64,000 nt of DNA from Alphaproteobacteria bacterium (GTDB lineage: Bacteria > Pseudomonadota > Alphaproteobacteria > UBA7887). The stretch's first letter is position 1. Each line of letters begins with the position of its first letter. Below are positions 58,301-64,000 of this stretch, one piece after another. The notes below the pieces were generated by a model. The model saw nothing but the letters and a program-made list of their open reading frames with translations, searched no databases and was not told the DNA's origin. Location: contig OZ241745.1 of assembly GCA_965201115.1 (NCBI GenBank), positions 2,534,340 through 2,598,339 of the forward strand. Direction: 5' to 3'. A program made the position numbers and the translations under genes.

Positions 58301-59659
58301 CTATTGCGTTACTTTGCACTCGGCAAGACGTTTACATATCGTCAAGGCAACGCTTACCACGACTCTGGCATCACTTGGATCGACAGCCCGGCCTTCTTTA
58401 CAATGTCGGCCATGTTCAGACGCGTAGCCCCATAGTTTCTCAACAATAATACGGAGAGGCTCCGGAATGGGAAGGTGTGGGACGAGTCGCCCTAACGTTT
58501 GGTTGGCGCGTCCGGTCACAGATCGCGCTATCGACTCGCACGCCATCATTGAATGATGAATTGCGCCTGTTACGTCGGGATTTGGATGGCGTGATATATC
58601 GGAGATTGCCTCTCGCATTTCATTCGATGCTGTAGGATATCCGGATTCAACCAGAAATCTCAACGAGGCGTCATTGTCGTTCCGATACGTGGAGTCTGTT
58701 CGATCATGGTGGGTATCGATCCACTCGGGCTTTCGAACGATATCTTCTCGGGTACGCCGATGGAAACCGATCTTTCCTTCCTCTGGCGACGACGGGATTG
58801 GGAACTTGTTACCCGGAACGAGAGCAAAGTTCGGTACTGGAGCGTGGTGCATCCGTACTGCGGCTGTTTCAAAGCGTTGAGACGTAAATTGGTCGCAGAC
58901 AATGCCTTGACTGACTCCGGACGCGAATGCTTCACAGCCAGCAACCCTTGATTGATTTTCTGCCGCTATCGCGGATTTGTTCAATCCGTCCCCCCGATAC
59001 AGATTTTTATGAACGACGTCCATTGATACACTTTGAACCTTGCGAATCCCTTCCTCGATCATGTACTGTTCCAAGCAACCATACACTGTCGCGCGCGCAT
59101 TCCCAACGGCCTGCGACACCGCTTGGGCGAATGCATCCCTAACCTGCCGGGCAGCCATCACCCCCGCCGGTTGCTCCAAGGCCGTCGCGCGCGCACTCCC
59201 AACGGCCTGCGACACCGCTTGGGCGAATGCATCCCTAACCTGCCGGGCAGCCATCACCCCCGCCGGTTGCTCCAAGGCCGTCGCGCGCGCACTCCCAACG
59301 GCCTGCGACACCGCTTGGGCGAATGCATCCCTAACCTGCCGGGCAGCCATCACCCCCGCCGGTTGCTCCAAGGCCGTCGCGCGCGCACTCCCAACGGCCT
59401 GCGACACCGCTTGGGCGAATGCATCCCTAACCTGCCGGGCAGCCATCACCCCCGCCGGTTGCTCCAAGGCCGTCGCGCGCGCACTCCCAACGACTTGCGA
59501 CGGCGACCGGGCGGTCGCATTCTCGTCCCGCAGAGATCTCTGCGGGGCGTGGGTATCCGAACGCAGCGTCAAGGTCGGGCGCATTGCCGCTCCAACGTCC
59601 GCCGGCGCTTTTCGAGCCGTGCGCGTCATCGCGGCGGCATCGTGAAAAGTATCATGCAT
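58301..59659 (-). CDS. AbiJ-related (HEPN-like C-terminal domain) putative defence protein with N-terminal tandem repeats
   Basis: C-terminal EAISDISRHPNPDVTGAI...TLG...EKLWGYASEHGRHCKEG pattern; GGAGG RBS before ATG 59659. Confidence 0.65.
   Translation of the reverse strand: MHDTFHDAAAMTRTARKAPADVGAAMRPTLTLRSDTHAPQRSLRDENATARSPSQVVGSARATALEQPAGVMAARQVRDAFAQAVSQAVGSARATALEQPAGVMAARQVRDAFAQAVSQAVGSARATALEQPAGVMAARQVRDAFAQAVSQAVGSARATALEQPAGVMAARQVRDAFAQAVSQAVGNARATVYGCLEQYMIEEGIRKVQSVSMDVVHKNLYRGDGLNKSAIAAENQSRVAGCEAFASGVSQGIVCDQFTSQRFETAAVRMHHAPVPNFALVPGNKFPIPSSPEEGKIGFHRRTREDIVRKPEWIDTHHDRTDSTYRNDNDASLRFLVESGYPTASNEMREAISDISRHPNPDVTGAIHHSMMACESIARSVTGRANQTLGRLVPHLPIPEPLRIIVEKLWGYASEHGRHCKEGRAVDPSDARVVVSVALTICKRLAECKVTQ
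59101..59500. repeat. Four perfect 96-bp in-frame tandem repeats plus partial copy
   Basis: tcccaacg recurs at 59101, 59197, 59293, 59389, 59485; encodes QAVSQAVGSARATALEQPAGVMAARQVRDAFA. Confidence 0.95.
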
Positions 59660-59764
59660 GGCCTCCATCCCCCTCGGATGTGCTACCGGAACATTATTTC
59701 TAACGATGTTCCGCACCATAATTAACGGCAAGCCGCTCTCACGACTCGACCTCCGTATGAGAAA

Positions 59765-62700
59765 CTACAGGCCACGCGCTCGCACGTCAAGCATGTGCTT
59801 ACCGGTATTCTCGATAACAACACACGTGTCCGTTTCCAACATTAAAACAGCGGTTACACGACGGGCAAGTTCGGAAAAATATCCCAATTCTCGAAAATTT
59901 AACGGGCGGCGCAGGACTATATCCGCTCGATAGGACAACCACTTCTTGAGCACTTGGTAGCCGCCGAGCCGGTAGCGCCAGACGGCTGCCGGCACGTTGC
60001 GCCACATGGCGCGGGCGTTGATATACACGTCGAAGGTCGTGGCGCCAAGGGTGGGTGCGGCGGCGCGTTCGGCGGGGGTACGGGGGCGTTCGATGGCGCG
60101 GCCCTGGCCGGGCATGACGGCGCCGCCGGCGCCGAAATGGCCCCAGCCAGCGGTGACGGCGAAATCGTCGCCGGTCATGTTGCGGCCGTCGATGGTGGCG
60201 GGGACGGCGATGGCGGCGAGTTCGGGGCGTAGCGCGCCTTGGGTGACGCCGGATACGGGCGCATCGGGGTCGAGCAGACGCGCCAGTTCGCGGCCGCGCG
60301 CGGCCGAATCGGCGAGTGCGGCGGGCACGCCGTCGCTGGCGCCGCCGGGCCAGCCGGGGAGCGGGATGCGGGGCCACTCGGCGCGAAGCGCTCCGGCGTT
60401 GGTTTCGCGATACGCTTGGTCGTGCAGTGTGGCCAAGGCGTGGTGGAAGAGGTCCGTTACTTCCAGACCGAGACGGTCAAGGTAGCGCGACGCGGCTTTC
60501 GACAGGTTGGGGCGGTATTCGGATGTCGCGTGGTCGTCGCGAAGAAAGCATGGAAACCACGATGCGCCGCGTTCGATCATGTGTCCGGCGGCAAGATGCC
60601 GCGCGAAGGAAGCCTGCGGCTCGTCGGCGCCTTTTCGAACATGTTGCGCGCTACAAAGCCATAGGTTCCGATCGGATATATGCGGCTTGTAGTCGGCGCG
60701 TTTTTCGTCCAGCAGTTTGGTGTCCGGATCCCAATACAGCCAGCGGTTGTCGAACGGCCGGTAGGCATGGCGGACGAAGCCGTCATCGACGGGGCCGCCG
60801 CGCGCAAGCAGCGCATCGCGCACGGCGCGCGCGTCGAATCTCGCTGTCGTCTTCATGACCGCGGGATAGCGCCGGGCTATTTCTTCATGGCTCAGGGCGG
60901 GGTCGAAATAGTTGCCGACCCGCGCCTTCAGACGGTCGAGATCGATATCGACGAGAAAGGCGTCACGGCTCGTTTTGACGCCGGGAAACGATACCGGGAA
61001 CAGCTCGGGCAACGACGGCCAATCGAACCAGCCGTCGCTCACGGCGGTCGGGGCGAACGGCAGGCCGAGCCGCAGCGACGGGCCGATGTCGTCGTAAAGC
61101 GCGCGCGGCTCGGCTTCGGCGGTCTCAAGCAGCGCCGCGCGCTTCCGCTCGCCCCACAAGTGGCGGAAGCCTACCGTTTCGGCGGGCGCGTGGCCGGCCT
61201 TGCGCACGAGCGTCGCCACGGCCGTCCCGACCTGGATGCCCACCGGTTCGCCCTCGGTCGAAAATACGCTCGGATCGGGGGAGCCGTCGGGCGAGACCTT
61301 GCCGGTCTTGTACTTGTCCCCGTTCAGGCAGTCGATGCGGATGGCGTCGAACGCCTCCAGGTAGCGCTCGCGCATGCCCGTGAACGACAGGCCGTCGAGC
61401 CATGAGTAGTTCGAGATGAAGCACACGACGCCGCGGCCCGTCTTCTCCACGATGCGACGCTCCGCCATGCGGAAAAAACGCACGTAAAGGTCGTTCAACC
61501 CCTGCCCTTCGGGCTTGCGCACGCGCTTCGCCGCGCGGTAGGCGTCGGCAAGCGCGCTTTCCTCGCCCACAGCCATGCCCGCGAAGCCGTTGTAGGGCGG
61601 GTTGCCCAGGATAACGAGTATCGGCGCATCGAGTTTCACGCGCTCGGCGCGGCCGCGCTCCTCCTCCAGCTCCGGGAACGGCAGCGGCGACTTGTCTTCC
61701 TCGGGCTCCCAGCCGGTGAGCGCATTGGTGAGGATGATTTGCGCGCGTTCGTCGCCGTTTTCCGCCAGCGGCGCGTCCAATGCCCGCAACGCCAGCCCCA
61801 CTTGCAGATGCGCTACCACGAACGGCGCAGGCATGATCTCGAAACCGAACACGCGCGTGAGCGCCGCCGCCTTCACATGCGCGCCCGCCAATGCGCCAAG
61901 GTTGCGCTCCTTCAGATTCGCCGCGATGCGCCGCAGGACCTCCGCCAGATAGGCGCCCGTGCCGCAGCACGGGTCCAGCACATAGACGTTCTCCGCCGCC
62001 AACCCCTCGGCAATGCCCAAATCGTCCTTCAATGCGCGATCCACACGCGCCACCATGTAGCGCACCACTTCCGACGGCGTGTACCAAACCCCCAACTGCT
62101 TGCGCAGCGCGGGGTCGAAAGCCTCAAGAAACGGTTCGTAGAAATACGGAACCGCCTCGCCCTCCGAAAAGCGCGCGAAAAACGCCGCCCGATCCACGCG
62201 ATCGAGCGCGGCCGCCGTCCAATCCATGACCTCCACCAAACCGAGAGGACGCACGCGACCGGGGTCCGAAAGCTGCTGGAACAGCGCCCGCAGCACCGGG
62301 GCGCGCAGATGCCACACGGCGGTGCGCCAGTCGAACGCGCCCGCGGGGGGCGGCGTCTGCCGCGCCCACAAAACCCACGCGGAGAACACGCCGTAGAACA
62401 GCGTCTGCACAAGCGTCGAGCGGAAAAAGCGTGCGCCCGCCGCGCCCTCGAACCGCGCCCCCAGCGCCTCCTCCAGCGCTTCGCGGACGGCGTCGAGCGC
62501 CGGCGCATCATCGGCAGACTCGACGCGCGCAAGCCCGTCGCGGGCGTAGGAAGCAAGCAGCCGGGCGAGGTCCTTCGGCTCCGCCACCGCGGCGCGGTGC
62601 GACAGCGCGCGGGAAAGATACTCGCCGAGCGCCGCGCCGGTTTCGCGGGCAAACGCGCGGGGCTTCTCGAGGCGCCGCGCGAAATCCGCGGCGCTTGCGG

Positions 62701-63145
62701 CGAGGCGCAAGGTTTCCAGTTTCGCGGGGCGTCCGTCCGGACCGGCGCCGACGAGCACGAAATCCCGCATGTTGGTGACGAGCACAAGCCGGTAACGGTC
62801 CCGATAGCGGCTGACCTGCGCGCTGTCCGCCGTAATCCAGGCGTCGTCCTCGGGCGGCTTGACCTCGACGACGCCGCGTTCGGGCGCCTGCGCTTCGCGC
62901 GGGCGGCCGCGGCGCAGCTGGGCGGCGGCGAAGAAGCCGAAATCGGGGTGGCCCGCGCCGTGGTCGGCCAGTTCGCCGATGCAGACGACCCTGGGCTTGA
63001 GCGTGGCGCCGGCGGCGTTGAGCAGGCGTTCGAGCGGGCCGTAGAGGGAGCGCTCGCCGGTAGCGGCGCCCGAGGCGCGCGCCTGCCGGAGCTCGGCGAA
63101 GTAGCGCTCGGCGGCGGCAATGGATTGCGCGTTCGTTCCGGTCAT
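59765..63145 (-). CDS. Fused restriction-modification enzyme (N6-adenine MTase, type IIG/ISP-like, C-terminal specificity domain)
   Basis: N-terminal HPDFG..VVEVK nuclease motif; YFYEPFL, GVWYTP, VLDPCCGTGAYL (motif I), GNPPY (motif IV), YRPFDNRWLY, W.YRLGGYQVLKKWLSYR. Confidence 0.9.
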   Translation of the reverse strand: MTGTNAQSIAAAERYFAELRQARASGAATGERSLYGPLERLLNAAGATLKPRVVCIGELADHGAGHPDFGFFAAAQLRRGRPREAQAPERGVVEVKPPEDDAWITADSAQVSRYRDRYRLVLVTNMRDFVLVGAGPDGRPAKLETLRLAASAADFARRLEKPRAFARETGAALGEYLSRALSHRAAVAEPKDLARLLASYARDGLARVESADDAPALDAVREALEEALGARFEGAAGARFFRSTLVQTLFYGVFSAWVLWARQTPPPAGAFDWRTAVWHLRAPVLRALFQQLSDPGRVRPLGLVEVMDWTAAALDRVDRAAFFARFSEGEAVPYFYEPFLEAFDPALRKQLGVWYTPSEVVRYMVARVDRALKDDLGIAEGLAAENVYVLDPCCGTGAYLAEVLRRIAANLKERNLGALAGAHVKAAALTRVFGFEIMPAPFVVAHLQVGLALRALDAPLAENGDERAQIILTNALTGWEPEEDKSPLPFPELEEERGRAERVKLDAPILVILGNPPYNGFAGMAVGEESALADAYRAAKRVRKPEGQGLNDLYVRFFRMAERRIVEKTGRGVVCFISNYSWLDGLSFTGMRERYLEAFDAIRIDCLNGDKYKTGKVSPDGSPDPSVFSTEGEPVGIQVGTAVATLVRKAGHAPAETVGFRHLWGERKRAALLETAEAEPRALYDDIGPSLRLGLPFAPTAVSDGWFDWPSLPELFPVSFPGVKTSRDAFLVDIDLDRLKARVGNYFDPALSHEEIARRYPAVMKTTARFDARAVRDALLARGGPVDDGFVRHAYRPFDNRWLYWDPDTKLLDEKRADYKPHISDRNLWLCSAQHVRKGADEPQASFARHLAAGHMIERGASWFPCFLRDDHATSEYRPNLSKAASRYLDRLGLEVTDLFHHALATLHDQAYRETNAGALRAEWPRIPLPGWPGGASDGVPAALADSAARGRELARLLDPDAPVSGVTQGALRPELAAIAVPATIDGRNMTGDDFAVTAGWGHFGAGGAVMPGQGRAIERPRTPAERAAAPTLGATTFDVYINARAMWRNVPAAVWRYRLGGYQVLKKWLSYRADIVLRRPLNFRELGYFSELARRVTAVLMLETDTCVVIENTGKHMLDVRARGL

Positions 63146-63228
63146 GGGCGCCTTATCGCGGAAAGCGCGGCGGCGCGCAAGGGGCGGCATTGTGCTCGCC
63201 TCCACGCGCGGCGGCGTGGGGGGCGCCG

Positions 63229-63276
63229 ACGTGCGGGCAGGATGCCCGCGGTCCCGGGCCCCGCCTTCGGCGGGGG
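63229..63276 (+). repeat. REP-like element
   Basis: acgtgcgggcaggatgcccgcggtcccgggccccgccttcggcggggg. Confidence 0.85.
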
Positions 63277-63277
63277 C

Positions 63278-63286
63278 TGGTATAAT
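63278..63286 (+). promoter_or_regulatory. Extended -10 element upstream of the P450 gene
   Basis: TG-G-TATAAT directly abutting the REP. Confidence 0.55.
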
Positions 63287-63333
63287 GGCCGCGGATGCCG
63301 AGCGTTTCGCGAACCTGACGCCGGAGGGCGGCG

Positions 63334-64000
63334 ATGGCTGTTTCGTTCGATCATACCGACCCGGAAACGACGCGCGATCCGTATCCGGCGTTTGCGCGGC
63401 TGCGCGCGGAAGACCCGGTACATTGGTGCGAATCGCTCGGCGCGTGGATGCTTACGCGCTACGACGACACGATGGCGGCGCAACGCGACCGGCGCTTGTC
63501 CGCCGATCGGGCGACGCCGTTCGCCGAGCGGATGGAGGCGACCGCCCGCCCCGATGTTGCGCGCATGGGGCGGGTGCTTGCGCGGTGGATGGTGTTCAGC
63601 GACCCGCCGCGTCATGCCGTCCTGCGCCGGCTGACGCTGGAGGCGTTCACGCCGACCGCGGTGGCGGGGTTGCGCCGGCGCGTCGCCGCGTTCGTGGACG
63701 AACTGCTGGAGGCGATGGCCGCCGCGGGGCCGGTGCGCGACCTGATGACGGATTTCGCGCGCCCGCTGCCGGTCGCCGTGATCGCGCATGTTCTCGGCGT
63801 GCCGGAAGGCGATACGGGCCGTTTCCGCGCGTGGTCCGAGGCCATCTCCGGCGTGCTCGGCGGCGGGCCGCCGGACCGGGATCGTCTGCATCGCGGCGCG
63901 GCGGCGCTCGCCGCTCTCGATTCCTGTCTGGAAGGCGTGGTCGCCGGGCGCCGCCGCGCGGGCGCAACCGGCGCGCTGGCCGACAAGCTTATCGCCGCGC
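63334..64000 (+). CDS. Cytochrome P450 (3'-truncated by the window edge)
   Basis: GGAGGG RBS; DPYPAFARLRAEDPVHW, WMLTRYDD, SDPPRHAVLRR...AFTP, DFARPLPVAVIAHVLGVP. Confidence 0.9.
   Translation, partial: MAVSFDHTDPETTRDPYPAFARLRAEDPVHWCESLGAWMLTRYDDTMAAQRDRRLSADRATPFAERMEATARPDVARMGRVLARWMVFSDPPRHAVLRRLTLEAFTPTAVAGLRRRVAAFVDELLEAMAAAGPVRDLMTDFARPLPVAVIAHVLGVPEGDTGRFRAWSEAISGVLGGGPPDRDRLHRGAAALAALDSCLEGVVAGRRRAGATGALADKLIAA

Overview
High-GC alphaproteobacterial chromosome segment. The gene orders hpf-ptsN, glnD-murJ-trpS and hom-glpX-recJ suggest a Rhodospirillales-like organism (inference). The housekeeping backbone includes the his operon, hisN, pcaD, ETF-QO, trpS, murJ, glnD, ppk2, phaC, an aminotransferase, hom, glpX, recJ, galU and pgm. 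Accessory material interrupts it in several places. (1) An AT-richer ParA + unknown-partner cassette sits inside the his operon. (2) An uncharacterised five-gene MotA/ExbB-ExbD-like membrane cluster ends in a PCuAC-like protein that lacks the copper ligands. (3) An island at about 27.5-38.5 kb holds a ~2,550-aa autotransporter whose natural start is out of frame across a C20 tract (probable phase variation), an Rpn nuclease with a leaderless promoter and an internal start, and two orphan NHLP/proteusin-type RiPP precursors whose cores look like swapped halves around CLPSC. (4) A defence island at about 55.6-63.2 kb holds an Mrr-like nuclease, an AbiJ-like protein with four 96-bp repeats and a fused N6-methylase/endonuclease. 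A REP/REPIN-like palindrome family is scattered throughout, forms a 108-bp tandem array, and twice lies inside MITE-like elements, one of them bounded by IRs shared with an IS1595-family remnant. No rRNA, tRNA or CRISPR array was recognised. All family assignments come from motif recognition by eye, not database searches.
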